Shown here: in pieces, positions 10,113-21,210 of the stretch
Numbering within the stretch: position 1 is the stretch's first letter
Layout: each line of letters opens with the position of its first letter
Origin: an uncultured delta proteobacterium
Lineage (GTDB): Bacteria; Desulfobacterota; Binatia; UBA9968
Assembly: GCA_963816145.1 (NCBI GenBank)
Contig: CAWFJP010000030.1
Span: 556,956 to 620,955 of the forward strand
DNA: 64,000 nucleotides
Direction: 5' to 3'
Notes under the pieces: generated by a model
The model's input: the letters and a program-made list of their open reading frames with translations, nothing else
Told to the model about the DNA's origin: nothing
The model's database searches: none
Program-made: the position numbers and the translations under genes

Positions 10113-12215
10113 ATGCTTGTCCCCTTCGCCCTCGACCGCCTCGCGCGGCTATATAACATTCAACACAGGTATCGTGATGGGCTTGGGCAACTGCGACAAG
10201 CGCCGGCGGTAGCGATCTTCCGGGTGTTGCAGGCGCTCGGCGCGCCGGTGCACCGGATCGAGGAATCGCAAGACGCCTGGCGGCAGCGCCGCCAAGAACT
10301 GTGGCAACGGGTCATTGAGCCGGTGGTCGTCGTTTGGGCAAACCAACCGGTGATACTGAAGGTTCGTGTACCCGCACAACTAGCGGAAACCTCTGCGAGC
10401 TTTCGCATCATTTTTGACAGCGGATCGACCATGGCAGGCGAACTCGGCGACGATCCCGCCAGCAACCCCGTCACCCGCGCCGTCGAAGGTTCGCGTTATA
10501 CCACCCGCCGCTTCGTGGGCCCCGGCCCAATCCCACTTGGTTATCATCGGCTCTATCTGCGCATCGGCGGTCTCGAAGTCGATAGCTTTTTGTTCTGCGC
10601 CCCGCCTCAGGCGTACGCGCCCGCCGAAAATAGCAAGCGCTGGGGGCTCTTCTGTCCGCTGTACGCGCTCCATTCCGAGCATGGCTGGGGCGCAGGTAAT
10701 TTTTCCGATCTGAGCCAGTTGGTCGAGTTCACGGCCGGGCTCGGCGGTCACGCGGTCGCCACTCTGCCCATGCTCTCGAGCTTCTTAGACGAGCCCTTCA
10801 ATCCGAGCCCTTACTCTCCGGTGAGCCGGCTGTTTTGGAATGAATTCTATCTCGACATTGAAAACATCGCCGGGCTTGACGATTGCGCCGCGGCCAAGGC
10901 GCTGCTCTCCACCGACTTCAAGGCCGAGTTAAACCGGCTCCATGACGCGCCGCTGGTGCCGTACCGTGAGACCATGGCGCGCAAGCGGGAAATCCTAACG
11001 GCGCTGCTGCGCGCCATACTCGCTAGTTCTTCTCGACGGCGCGGTGACTTTGAAAGTTTCATCGCCACCCACCCCACAGCGCATGACTACGCCGAGTTTC
11101 GCGCCAAGACCGAGCGCGAACGCAAGAGCTGGTTTGATTGGCCGGAGGAGAATCGCCAAGGCCAACTTCGAGCACAGGACTACGACGAATTTGCCAAGCT
11201 CTATCATCTCTACGTTCAGTGGCTGTGCGCCGAGCAAATTGCTGAGGTCGCCGCGAGCGCGCACACTCACGGCACCGCGCTCTATCTCGACTTCCCCCTT
11301 GGCGTCAACCGTGACGGCTATGATGTCTGGCGCCACCGGGATCTATTCGCCCTCGGCATCAACGGCGGTGCTCCCCCCGACGGTTTGTATATCAAGGGCC
11401 AAACCTGGGGCTTTCCGCCGCTTCAACCAGAAGCGATCCGCCTGCAGGGCTACGGCTACTATATCGAATGCCTGCGCCATCACATGGGCCTGGCCGACAT
11501 GCTGCGCATTGATCATGTGATGGGGCTGCATCGCGCCTTTTGGGTGCCCGATGGTTTTAGCGCCACTGACGGCGTCTACGTTCACGACCGCGCACCAGAG
11601 TTCTACGCGATATTGAATCTCGAATCGCACCGCCATCGGGTGCAGATCGTCGGTGAAAATCTCGGCACTGTTCCCGAGTCCGTCAACGCAACCATGGCGC
11701 GGCGAAAAATCTACGGCATGCATGTCGGCCAGTTCGGCGTCAGCGGCGACCCGAGCCGCGCGCTTGACGCTACTCCCGCCGAGGTTGTCGCCAGCTTGAA
11801 CACCCACGACACGGCGACGTTCATGGGATTCTGGCAGGAGAAAGATATCGACGATCGTGTCGCTTTGGGGCTTCTCGATAATGAACAAGCCGATTCTGAG
11901 CGTCGCTACCGTACCGCGCAGAGAGACGCGCTAATCGCCTATCTGCAGGCCCAGGGTTATATCGGCGAGGAAGCTTCTGCAGCCGCCGTGCTGCGCGGCT
12001 GGCTGATTTATCTCGCCGGACAGCCGGCCGAGTTCCTTTTGATCAACTTGGAAGACCTCTGGCTTGAGCCCACGCCGCAAAACGTCCCCGGCACTTGGCA
12101 GGAACGGCCCAACTGGCAGCGCAAGGCCGCTTACTCCATCGAGAATATCCGCAGCCAAGCTGCCCTCCACGATCTTTTGCAGACAATCAGCGACATCCGT
12201 GCCCGGATAGTTTAG
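10113..12215 (+). CDS. malQ: 4-alpha-glucanotransferase (amylomaltase, GH77)
   Basis: [16 protein letters not shown]...[31 protein letters not shown]...PNW. Confidence 0.93.
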   Translation: MLVPFALDRLARLYNIQHRYRDGLGQLRQAPAVAIFRVLQALGAPVHRIEESQDAWRQRRQELWQRVIEPVVVVWANQPVILKVRVPAQLAETSASFRIIFDSGSTMAGELGDDPASNPVTRAVEGSRYTTRRFVGPGPIPLGYHRLYLRIGGLEVDSFLFCAPPQAYAPAENSKRWGLFCPLYALHSEHGWGAGNFSDLSQLVEFTAGLGGHAVATLPMLSSFLDEPFNPSPYSPVSRLFWNEFYLDIENIAGLDDCAAAKALLSTDFKAELNRLHDAPLVPYRETMARKREILTALLRAILASSSRRRGDFESFIATHPTAHDYAEFRAKTERERKSWFDWPEENRQGQLRAQDYDEFAKLYHLYVQWLCAEQIAEVAASAHTHGTALYLDFPLGVNRDGYDVWRHRDLFALGINGGAPPDGLYIKGQTWGFPPLQPEAIRLQGYGYYIECLRHHMGLADMLRIDHVMGLHRAFWVPDGFSATDGVYVHDRAPEFYAILNLESHRHRVQIVGENLGTVPESVNATMARRKIYGMHVGQFGVSGDPSRALDATPAEVVASLNTHDTATFMGFWQEKDIDDRVALGLLDNEQADSERRYRTAQRDALIAYLQAQGYIGEEASAAAVLRGWLIYLAGQPAEFLLINLEDLWLEPTPQNVPGTWQERPNWQRKAAYSIENIRSQAALHDLLQTISDIRARIV

Positions 12216-12225
12216 AATATTGCTC

Positions 12226-14136
12226 ATGTCCGAAGCACCGCCGTTCAGTCTGCTCACCGCCCATGACAGCTACCTTTTCAATGAAGGCAGCCACTTTCGC
12301 CTCTACGACAAATTGGGCGCCCGAACGGTCCATGAGGGTGGAACCAGCGGCACCTATTTCGCCGTCTGGGCGCCCAATGCCGAGCGGGTTTCGCTCATCG
12401 GCGAATTCAACGGCTGGAACCGAACCAGTCACCCACTTAACGCCAAAGGCCAGACCGGTATCTGGGAAACCTTTCTACCGGGCGTCGGCAAGGGCGCACT
12501 CTACAAATTTCACATCGAGTCGCGCTTCAACGGCTACCGCGCCGACAAGTCCGATCCATTCTCCCTGTTCAACGAGATTCCGCCCAAAAATGCATCGATC
12601 GTTTGGGATCTCGATTATGATTGGAACGATCAGCAATGGCTCGCCGGCCGCAAGCAGCGTAACGCTCTCGACAAGCCAATGGCGATCTATGAAATGCACC
12701 TGGGCTCGTGGCGGCGCGTCGCCGGCGAAGGCAACCGCTCGCTTTCCTACCGCGAGCTGGCGCCGCTGCTCGCCGACTACGTCGAATATCTCGGCTACAC
12801 CCATGTCGAACTGTTGCCGGTGATGGACCATCCGTTCTTCGGCTCCTGGGGTTATCAAATCACCGGGTACTTCGCGCCATCGGGAAATTTCGGCACGCCG
12901 CAGGATTTGATGTACCTGATCGACACCCTGCATCAACGCGGCATCGGCGTCATCCTCGACTGGGTGCCGTCCCACTTCCCGAGCGACGAGCATGGCCTCG
13001 GCTACTTCGACGGCACCCATCTCTACGAACATGCCGACCCGCGCCAGGGTTATCATCCAGACTGGAAGAGCTACATTTTCAACTACGGGCGGCACGAGGT
13101 GCAGAGCTTTCTGATCAGCAACGCGCTGTTCTGGCTCGACAAGTATCACATCGACAGTTTGCGCGTCGACGCCGTCGCCTCCATGCTCTATCTCGATTAC
13201 GCGCGCAAGCACGGCGAGTGGATTCCCAATCAATACGGCGGCCGGGAGAATCTCGAGGCCATCGACTTTCTGCGCCGCTTCAACCATGTGATCTACGAGA
13301 ATTATCCCGATAGCCAAACCATCGCCGAAGAGTCCACCGACTGGCCGATGGTGTCGCGGCCGACCCACTTGGGCGGTCTCGGCTTCGGTCTCAAATGGGA
13401 CATGGGCTGGATGCACGACACGTTGGAATACTTTCGCAAAGATCCGGTGCACCGGCGCTACCATCAAAGAAATCTCAGCTTTCGCATGCTCTACGCCTTT
13501 CACGAAAACTTCGTCCTGCCGCTATCGCACGACGAATCGGTGTACGGCAAAGGCTCGCTTTTGGAGAAAATGGCCGGCGACGATTGGCAGAAGTTCGCCA
13601 ACCTGCGCGCGCTCTACGGTTACATGTATGCCCAGCCGGGCAAGAAACTGCTGTTCATGGGCGGCGAATTCGCCCAGCGGCGGGAGTGGGTCCATGATTC
13701 CAGTCTCGATTGGGAACTGCTCGACTATCCCGCCCACGCCGGCGTGCAGCGCTGGGTGCGCGACTTGAATCAGCTCTACCGCGAAGAGCCGGCGCTCCAT
13801 GAACGCGACTGCGACCCCGCGGGGTTCGAATGGATCGATTGCGATGACGCGGAGAGCAGTGTCGTGAGCTTGCTGCGCAAGGGTCAATCGACCGCGGCCC
13901 TGGTAGTGGCCGTGTGCAACTTCACGCCCGTGCCGCGCTGGGGTTATCGCCTCGGTGTGCCGCGCGCCGGCTTCTGGCGCGAGGCCTTGAATAGCGACGC
14001 AGTCGAATACGGCGGCAGCGGCGTCGGCAATCTCGGCGGCCTCGAGACTGAACCGGTGGCGCACCATGGCCGGCCTTGGTCCTTGGTGCTGACCTTGCCG
14101 CCATTGTCGGTAATGTTTTTCACCAACATTCTGTAA
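12226..14136 (+). CDS. glgB: 1,4-alpha-glucan branching enzyme
   Basis: [53 protein letters not shown]. Confidence 0.97.
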   Translation: MSEAPPFSLLTAHDSYLFNEGSHFRLYDKLGARTVHEGGTSGTYFAVWAPNAERVSLIGEFNGWNRTSHPLNAKGQTGIWETFLPGVGKGALYKFHIESRFNGYRADKSDPFSLFNEIPPKNASIVWDLDYDWNDQQWLAGRKQRNALDKPMAIYEMHLGSWRRVAGEGNRSLSYRELAPLLADYVEYLGYTHVELLPVMDHPFFGSWGYQITGYFAPSGNFGTPQDLMYLIDTLHQRGIGVILDWVPSHFPSDEHGLGYFDGTHLYEHADPRQGYHPDWKSYIFNYGRHEVQSFLISNALFWLDKYHIDSLRVDAVASMLYLDYARKHGEWIPNQYGGRENLEAIDFLRRFNHVIYENYPDSQTIAEESTDWPMVSRPTHLGGLGFGLKWDMGWMHDTLEYFRKDPVHRRYHQRNLSFRMLYAFHENFVLPLSHDESVYGKGSLLEKMAGDDWQKFANLRALYGYMYAQPGKKLLFMGGEFAQRREWVHDSSLDWELLDYPAHAGVQRWVRDLNQLYREEPALHERDCDPAGFEWIDCDDAESSVVSLLRKGQSTAALVVAVCNFTPVPRWGYRLGVPRAGFWREALNSDAVEYGGSGVGNLGGLETEPVAHHGRPWSLVLTLPPLSVMFFTNIL

Positions 14137-14152
14137 TTCATCTTCGCTAACG

Positions 14153-15592
14153 ATGAAGATCGCCATGATCGCTTCCGAGGCCGGCCCCTTCGCCAAGACC
14201 GGCGGCCTGGCCGATGTCCTGGGTACGCTGTCTCCGGCCATCGAGCGGCTCGGTGACCAAGTCACGGTGATTCTCCCGGCTTACCGCAGCGTGCTCCGGG
14301 GCGAGTTTGCACTGCAAGAGACCGGCATGACGCTGTCAGTACCGGTGTCTGCTCGCCAGGAACAAGCGGCGGTGCTGCGGACGTCCATCGGCAAATCGGT
14401 CACCGTCTATCTGGTTCGCGCCGATAAGTATTTCGACCGGGATTTTCTATATGGCACGCCGACCCAGGACTATACCGACAATGCCGAACGCTTTGTCTTC
14501 TTCTGCCGCGCCGCATTGGAAATCCTCGCCGCCGAGCCGGTCGACATCCTCCACGCCCATGACTGGCAAGCCGCTTTGACCCTTGTGTTTTTGAAGACCC
14601 AAGCGCCGCGCTATCGCGCCACCGCGGGTGCGAAGACCGTATTCACCGTCCATAACCTGGCCTTCCAAGGAATCTTCTCGCCGCTCGATTGGCATCTGTT
14701 GAATCTCGAGAGCGCATTTTTCACGCCGCAGTTCTTGGAGTACTACGGCAACATTAACTTTCTGAAAGGCGCCCTGGTTTTTGCCGACAAGCTTACGACG
14801 GTGAGCCCGACCTACGCCCAGGAGATCATGACGCCGGAACAAGGATTCGGACTCGAGGGCGTGCTGCGCCAGCGCGCCGGTGATTTGGTGGGAATCTTGA
14901 ACGGCATCAACGACAGCCAGTGGAATCCCTGGACCGATCCTCTGATCAAGCATCACTACGGTGGGAACAGCTTGACGACCAAGCGCAGATGCAAGACAGC
15001 GCTGCGTCAACAGGTCGGCCTGCCGGATAAGCCCGATACCCCCATCGTCGCGATGATTTCCCGGCTGACCGCCCAAAAGGGCCTCGATCTGGTTGAAACA
15101 GGCTTTCCCGAGCTGATGGAACGGGAACTCCAATTCATTCTACTTGGCAACGGCGAGCCGCGCTATGAACAGTTTTTTCGCGCTGCCGCGCTCCAGTATC
15201 CCGAGCGTGTCGCCGTTCGCATCGGCTTCGACGAACGGTTGGCGCACGAGATCGAAGCCGGCGCCGACTTATTCTTGATGCCGTCGCATTTCGAACCCTG
15301 CGGTTTGAATCAAATGTTCAGTTTAAAATACGGCACGATTCCCATCGTCCGCGCCGTCGGCGGCTTGAAAGACTCCGTCCAGGACTACGATCCGGAAAAC
15401 AACTCGGGCACCGGATTGGTTTTCACCGACTACAATGCGGCGGCCATGCTCGCGGCCATCGATCGCGGCCTCTCGGCCTATGACGACAAGAAGAATTGGA
15501 CGGCTTTGCGCCGCCGCGCCATGGCGATGGATTTCTCTTGGGAGCGCTCGGCGCAACTCTACCGGGATCTGTACAGAACACTTGTACCGTAA
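14153..15592 (+). CDS. glgA: Glycogen synthase
   Basis: KTGGLADV, HAHDWQ, TVHNLAFQG, PSHFEPCGLNQ. Confidence 0.97.
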   Translation: MKIAMIASEAGPFAKTGGLADVLGTLSPAIERLGDQVTVILPAYRSVLRGEFALQETGMTLSVPVSARQEQAAVLRTSIGKSVTVYLVRADKYFDRDFLYGTPTQDYTDNAERFVFFCRAALEILAAEPVDILHAHDWQAALTLVFLKTQAPRYRATAGAKTVFTVHNLAFQGIFSPLDWHLLNLESAFFTPQFLEYYGNINFLKGALVFADKLTTVSPTYAQEIMTPEQGFGLEGVLRQRAGDLVGILNGINDSQWNPWTDPLIKHHYGGNSLTTKRRCKTALRQQVGLPDKPDTPIVAMISRLTAQKGLDLVETGFPELMERELQFILLGNGEPRYEQFFRAAALQYPERVAVRIGFDERLAHEIEAGADLFLMPSHFEPCGLNQMFSLKYGTIPIVRAVGGLKDSVQDYDPENNSGTGLVFTDYNAAAMLAAIDRGLSAYDDKKNWTALRRRAMAMDFSWERSAQLYRDLYRTLVP

Positions 15593-15613
15593 CGAAAGGT
15601 TGGAGCAAGAAGA

Positions 15614-16864
15614 ATGATGTACGTGCTAGGTGTAGTCATGGCCGGCGGTCGCGGCGAGCGGCTCTATCCCCTGACCCAGCATCGGGCCAAGCCCGCCGTC
15701 CCCTTCGGCGGCCGTTATCGGATTATCGATTTCGTGCTGTCGAACTTTGTCAACTCGGGCATCTTATCGATTTACGTCGTTACCCAATTCAAGGCGCAAT
15801 CGCTCCTCGAACACCTCGACCGCGGCTGGCGGGCGACGGACTTCTTGGGCGACCATTTCATCACGCCGGTGCCGGCGCAAATGCGCTCGGGCGACGACTG
15901 GTACCAGGGCACCGCCGATTCGGTCTATCAGAACCTCTATTTGCTCGAACGGCACAAACCGACCTTGGTGGCGGTCTTCGGCGCCGACCATATTTATCGC
16001 ATGAATATCCGGCAAATGATCGACGAGCATAGAAACAAATCGGCCGAAGTCACCGTCGCGGCGATTCCCGTGAAGCTCCAAGAGGCCTCGCAATTCGGCG
16101 TCATCGAAATCGACGCCGATTGGCGCATTGTCGGTTTCGAGGAAAAGCCCAAAGAACCCAAAGCGATTCCCGGTGAACCCGACTATGCACTGGTGTCGAT
16201 GGGCAACTATCTTTTCAACAATGAAGTTCTCGTCGATGCCTTGAAAGCCGACGCCGCCAATCCCGCGAGCAACCATGACTTCGGCCGCGACCTGCTGCCG
16301 GGCTTTATCAATAACGGCCGCATGTTCGCCTATGATTTTCGCCAGAACTACGTGCCCAACCCGTCCAAGGGCGAGGAACACAGCTATTGGCGCGACTTGG
16401 GCACCATAGAAGCCTACTACGACGCCAGCATGGACCTTTGCTCCATCGATCCGTCGTTCAACTTATACAACCGCGCCTGGCCGCTGCGCACCGTCGGCTA
16501 CGCCGACCCGCCGGCAAAATTCGTCTTCGATTGGCCCGACCGCAGAGGCATGGCGGTCGATTCGGTGGTCGCCGAAGGCACGATCATCAGCGGCAGCGAT
16601 GTCCACAACAGCATTATTGGGCGCAACGTGCGCATCCATAGCTACAGCCATATCGAAAATTCGGTCATCATGGACTGGGTGGAGATCGGCCGGAACTGCC
16701 GCATACGCAATGCCATCATCGACAAGGCCAACGTGATTCCATCCGGCACGGAAATCGGCTACGACTTGGAGAAAGATCGCGAACGCCACTTCGTGTCGCC
16801 GACCGGCATCGTCGTTCTCGGCCGCGGCCCGCGTAAAACCACCTGGATCATGAACAACCCCTAG
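15614..16864 (+). CDS. glgC: Glucose-1-phosphate adenylyltransferase
   Basis: AGGRGERLYPLT..RAKPAVPFGGRYRIIDF, WYQGTAD, FEEKP, SMGNY, YWRDLGT. Confidence 0.97.
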   Translation: MMYVLGVVMAGGRGERLYPLTQHRAKPAVPFGGRYRIIDFVLSNFVNSGILSIYVVTQFKAQSLLEHLDRGWRATDFLGDHFITPVPAQMRSGDDWYQGTADSVYQNLYLLERHKPTLVAVFGADHIYRMNIRQMIDEHRNKSAEVTVAAIPVKLQEASQFGVIEIDADWRIVGFEEKPKEPKAIPGEPDYALVSMGNYLFNNEVLVDALKADAANPASNHDFGRDLLPGFINNGRMFAYDFRQNYVPNPSKGEEHSYWRDLGTIEAYYDASMDLCSIDPSFNLYNRAWPLRTVGYADPPAKFVFDWPDRRGMAVDSVVAEGTIISGSDVHNSIIGRNVRIHSYSHIENSVIMDWVEIGRNCRIRNAIIDKANVIPSGTEIGYDLEKDRERHFVSPTGIVVLGRGPRKTTWIMNNP

Positions 16865-16920
16865 TCAGAGCCACGCTTCGGCAGAGCGCCATCATGGCAT
16901 GCCGCCACATGAGTCGAACC

Positions 16921-19347
16921 ATGGAACGCTACATCTGCATACACGGCCACTTCTACCAACCACCCCGGGAGAATCCCTGGCTTGAAGCCATCGAGCTGCA
17001 AGATTCTGCCTACCCCTACCATGACTGGAATGAACGCATCACCGCGGAATGCTATGCACCCAACTCGGTGGCGCGCATCGTCGATGGCGACAATCGCATC
17101 ATCAAGCTGATCAACAACTACGCCCGTATCAGTTTTAACTTCGGCCCGACCTTACTGTCATGGCTCGAGGACAAAGCACCGGAAGTTTATGCGGCAATCC
17201 TCGACGCCGACCGTGACAGCCGGCAGCGTTTCTCCGGCCATGGCTCAGCGCTGGCGCAAGTCTACAATCATATGATCATGCCGCTGGCCAACAGCCGCGA
17301 CCGCAAGACCCAGATCCGCTGGGGTATCGGCGATTTTACCAAGCGTTTCCAACGCGCGCCGGAAGGCATGTGGCTGGCGGAAACCGCCGTCGACATCGAA
17401 ACATTGGAGCTGCTCGCCGAAGCGGATATCCGCTTTGTCATTTTAGCGCCGCACCAGGCCGCCCGGGTCCGGCCCATCGGCGAGCGCCAATGGCAAGTGA
17501 TCAACGGCGAAGTCATCGATCCCAGCCGGGCCTATCGCCAGGCGCTGCCCTCGGGCCGCACCATCGCGCTGTTTTTTTATGACGCGCCGATCGCCCGCGC
17601 GGTCGCCTTCGAAGGCGTGTTGTCCCAGGGCGAACGCTTCGTCGACAAACTCATGGGCGGCTTTTCCGATGGGCGGGATTGGCCGCAGCTGGTGCATATC
17701 GCCACCGATGGTGAGAGCTATGGCCATCATCATAGATTCGGCGACATGACGCTGGCCTACGCCCTAGACCAGATCGAGACCAAACAGCCGGCGCGCCTAA
17801 CCAACTACGGCGAGTTTCTCGAAAAACATCCACCGGTTTTCGAGGTCGAAATAGCAGAGAAGACTTCCTGGAGTTGCGCCCACGGCATTGGACGCTGGTG
17901 GAGCGACTGCGGTTGCAACTCGGGCGCCAACCCCGGTTGGAACCAAAAATGGCGCACGCCGCTGCGCAACGCCCTCGACGGCCTGCGCGATGCGGTCCTG
18001 CCCCTCTGGCAACAGCGGGCTGCGGAGTTTTTCAAAAACATTTGGTTCGCCCGGGACTCCTATATCGAGGTCATCCTCGATCGTTCGGCCCGATCCACTA
18101 AGCGATTTTTCGACCGCCACGCAGCCCGGCCATTGACCGGCGCGGAAAAAATTGAAGCCCTCAAGCTGCTCGAGCTGCAGCGCCATTTGTTGCTCATGTA
18201 CACCAGCTGCGGCTGGTTTTTTGACGATATCACCGGCATCGAGACCGTCCAGGTGATACAATTCGCCGGCCGCGCCGTACAACTAGCCGAAGAACTCTTC
18301 GGCAACGCTTATGAAGAGCGCTTCATCGAGCGGCTCGCCAGCGCGCGCAGCAATCTGCCGGATCACGGTCGACGGCAAAGAAATCTACGACAAACTCGTC
18401 CGCTCCGCCCGGGTCGACTGGGAGCGGGTCGGCGCGCATTATGCCGTGAGTTCGTTATTTAATGCGATGCCCGACCACGCCAAAGTTTATTGCTACCGCG
18501 CCGAGCGAAAAAATCTGCAGACTTTCGTCGCCGGCAAGGCTAAACTAGCGGTGGGCGACGTCTTACTCAGCTCCGAAATCACCGGCGAGACTACCGCGCT
18601 CAGTTTCGGCGCCCTTCATTTAGGCGATCACAACGTCAACGGCGGCGTGCGGCCCTCCCTTGGCGAGGCCATCGAGAGCTACCTCGTCCGCGAATTGGCC
18701 GAGCCGTTCATGCGTGCCGATTTCGCCGAAGTCCTTCGGCTCATGGACCGCCGCTTCGGTGAATCGAACTATTCGCTTGCGCTCGCTGTTCCACGACGAG
18801 CAGCGCAAATTGATCGAAAAAATTTTGCAGGCCGCGCTTGCGGAAACCGAAACGTTTTACCGGCAGATATACGATCAGCGCGCGCCACTCCTGCGATTTC
18901 TCAATAGCTTGAACATGCCGCCACCGAGGGCGCTGCGCGGTCCTGCCGAATTGGTTATCAATGGCGACCTGCGCCGACCAACTGGAGCAGGACGAGATCG
19001 ACATCGAGCGGGTAAAACAGTTACTCGCCGCGGCAGCCGCCGAGTCGATCGCGCTCGACAGCGCGACATTGGAGTTTACCTATCGAAAGACCCTCGAACG
19101 CATCGCCGAAGCGTTCGCTGAAGAACCGCAGCTCGCGCGACTCGATCGTTTGAATCGAGCCACCGAAGCGCTCGCGCTGCTGCCATTCACGGTCAATTTG
19201 TGGAAAGTGCAAAATTATTTTTACCAGACCATGCAGCGCTGTTCCGACGCCGATCGGCAGGGCCTGGCTTGGGACGATGGCGACAAAAGCGAATGGAATC
19301 GCTGCCTTAAAGAAGCCGGCGAAAAACTTGCGGTCCGAGTCCTCTGA
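16921..19347 (+). CDS. GH57 glycoside hydrolase with DUF3536 domain; three apparent +1 frameshifts (~18369, ~18779, ~18975)
   Basis: HGHFYQPPRENPW, GMWLAETAVD, ATDGESYGHH, SWSCAHG, MYTSCGWFFD; C-terminal part continues through ORFs 18311, 18660 and 18961. Confidence 0.88.
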
Positions 19348-19805
19348 TCCCATCGAAAACGCCAGCGCCCATCTCACAGACGCCATCGGCGCCGCGGCCG
19401 ATTAACAAGAGTCACTCGTCAGTGAGCAGCACATTGACTTCCCTTTGCAAGGCAGCCTATCACAAGCGGCCGGCAATCGGCGACGCTAGAACGTTCGCGA
19501 ACAACACGCCATAGAGCATCGTCATGCCGCCAAGCCCAAAGCTCCAGGCAAACTATTGGAAAATCGACGGCAAAGCTTGTAGAACCTGTGATCTACGCAA
19601 AATAAAAACTCAGCCCAAGTCTTACTTCAGCCGCCTGCGCATCGGTCGGGTTATGGCAGACTACCCCTCCCCGCAGCCCCCGTCGAGGCTGGGATTTCAC
19701 TCTCATTCATCCGGTATTGTGAATCTGCTTGAACTAAACATTTTCACGACAACCCCTACTTGCTGAAATCAGCCGAGCAGGCTAGGTTGTTGAATTCAAA
19801 TACGT

Positions 19806-19900
19806 GGAGAAGGAAGGTGCCCGGTGGTGCCGCTGGTCTTCAAAACCAGTCTGGGGGCCGTAAGGTTCCCGGAGGGTTCGACTCCCTCCCTTCTCCGCCA
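19806..19900 (+). tRNA. selC: tRNA-Sec (anticodon UCA)
   Basis: 8-bp acceptor GGAGAAGG/CCTTCTCC, anticodon arm ctggt-cttcaaa-accag, long variable arm, T arm gaggg-ttcgact-ccctc, GCCA end; 95 nt. Confidence 0.96.
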
Positions 19901-20149
19901 AGAAAGTTTTGACAATTCAATAGGTTATATTTTGCGAAACTAGTCTGTAGCCCATCGGTAGCCCAAAATCGGATGACCGGTATTATCAAGAGAGCGCGAA
20001 TCACAACAATTTTCACTTCTTCTTTTCCGTTTCCTCAGCAATGTTGGTGAAAAATCGCGACACATACCATGTTAGGCGAGTGGCCATCGTGATTTACAAT
20101 TGCGCAATCTTTCACTCCGATATTTTTTGACAATTAACCAAAAAAACCT

Positions 20150-20195
20150 TGGGAACAGGCGACGGGGAGTGAACCTGTGCCGTCCAGGTTGGAAA
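20150..20195 (-). pseudogene. Degenerate 3' half of a tRNA-Gly-like gene (possible att relic)
   Basis: Minus strand ttccaacctggacggcacaggttcactccccgtcgcctgttccca resembles tRNA-Gly 3' half (ttccaagctggatgtcgcgggttcgaatcccgtcgcccgctcca); no 5' half. Confidence 0.45.
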
Positions 20196-20510
20196 TTTTC
20201 TATTAAAATTAATCGTTTCTTCTATTGCGGCAAGAACTTAGTGGATACTTTGCGCTCCTAACACCTTCTTCCGGCCTTCAGCAATTTCAACGGGTTTCAC
20301 ACGTTATACTTTTGTCGTGGGCACGTTTTGGGCACGGGGGTCGAACAATTTTGTGATTGCCACATGTGTATCGATCAACCGGCAACTCTTGAATCTCATC
20401 CTCGAATAACCTTAACACCGCTCGCTTGATGTGCGTCTTGTTCGCTAAAGCGGAAGCGAAATTGCTCCAGTCCGGTCGCTGGCAGGGTGAAAACAGTGCT
20501 CCCATTAATC

Positions 20511-20557
20511 GGGGTCCCCGGAACCCTAGGTACAGGTTCGATTCCTGTCGGGCGCCA
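20511..20557 (+). pseudogene. 3' half of a tRNA-Arg(CCG)-like gene (possible att relic)
   Basis: Anticodon arm ggggt-ccccgga-accct, T arm acagg-ttcgatt-cctgt, acceptor 3' strand cgggcgcca; no D arm or 5' acceptor strand upstream. Confidence 0.6.
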
Positions 20558-21210
20558 TAAATAATTTTTAAAGAGCGTTTCCCAAAATTCCAGTCGAAAC
20601 AAAATGATGGAGTTGCCCATAAACTTGCCCAAACTCGTTGGCTCCGTCGCCCATTGTAAATATTATTCGTCACCGGCCGTTCCATTTATTAGAGCATCTT
20701 CGTTCGCGACATGTTCCCCGCAAGTAATGAAACCCCATCGTGCGGTTGTCCAACAGAGCCATAAACAGAATGTGCGCGTGCCTGGGTAACTCAGCGCTAT
20801 CGCAGACAAGGCTCCGCCGCTCTGCTCGACAACCGCAATATGCAGATCACAGTGCGCCCGCCGGCATTACGACGATTTAACTAGGAAACCGATGGAGAAA
20901 GTTCCAGGTGGTCCCGGGACGAGTGTTGATCTAAATTCACGCCGACATGTTGAATGCCAGCAAAGTCGAATGGGATAAAGATACGATTAGACCGAAGGTG
21001 GGAGTCGCGAAATATGAAAGTGGAGCAGCAGGTGAGACAAGTGCGGCGAATTTTTCACTCTGAGAAAGACACTTGAAATCTTAGAATATGTCGAGCTGAG
21101 TGGGACAATTGGATAAGGCTCAGAAAGGTTTCTTGTATCCCTAAGAGCCCGATCACAAGTGAACCCAACGGTTACGGATGGAAGCCTGGCTGTCCGAGCG
21201 AACTAGCCAG

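Noticed and set aside
12475-13503. Long antisense or off-frame ORFs over glgB (and similar ones over selA, selB, malQ, glgA, e.g. 8242..8898)
   Set aside because: Shadow ORFs expected in GC-rich coding DNA; the opposite or main frame has clear family motifs.
18360-18980. Programmed ribosomal frameshifting in the GH57 gene
   Set aside because: Three separate +1 insertions with no slippery heptamer or stimulatory structure; fits consensus error.
20511-20557. Functional, split or permuted tRNA-Arg
   Set aside because: No matching 5' half found nearby, and the anticodon loop lacks the conserved U33.
20287-20789. ORFs 20287..20685, 20396..20632 and 20604..20789
   Set aside because: They overlap the tRNA relic and att-like repeats, show no recognisable motif, and none resembles an integrase.
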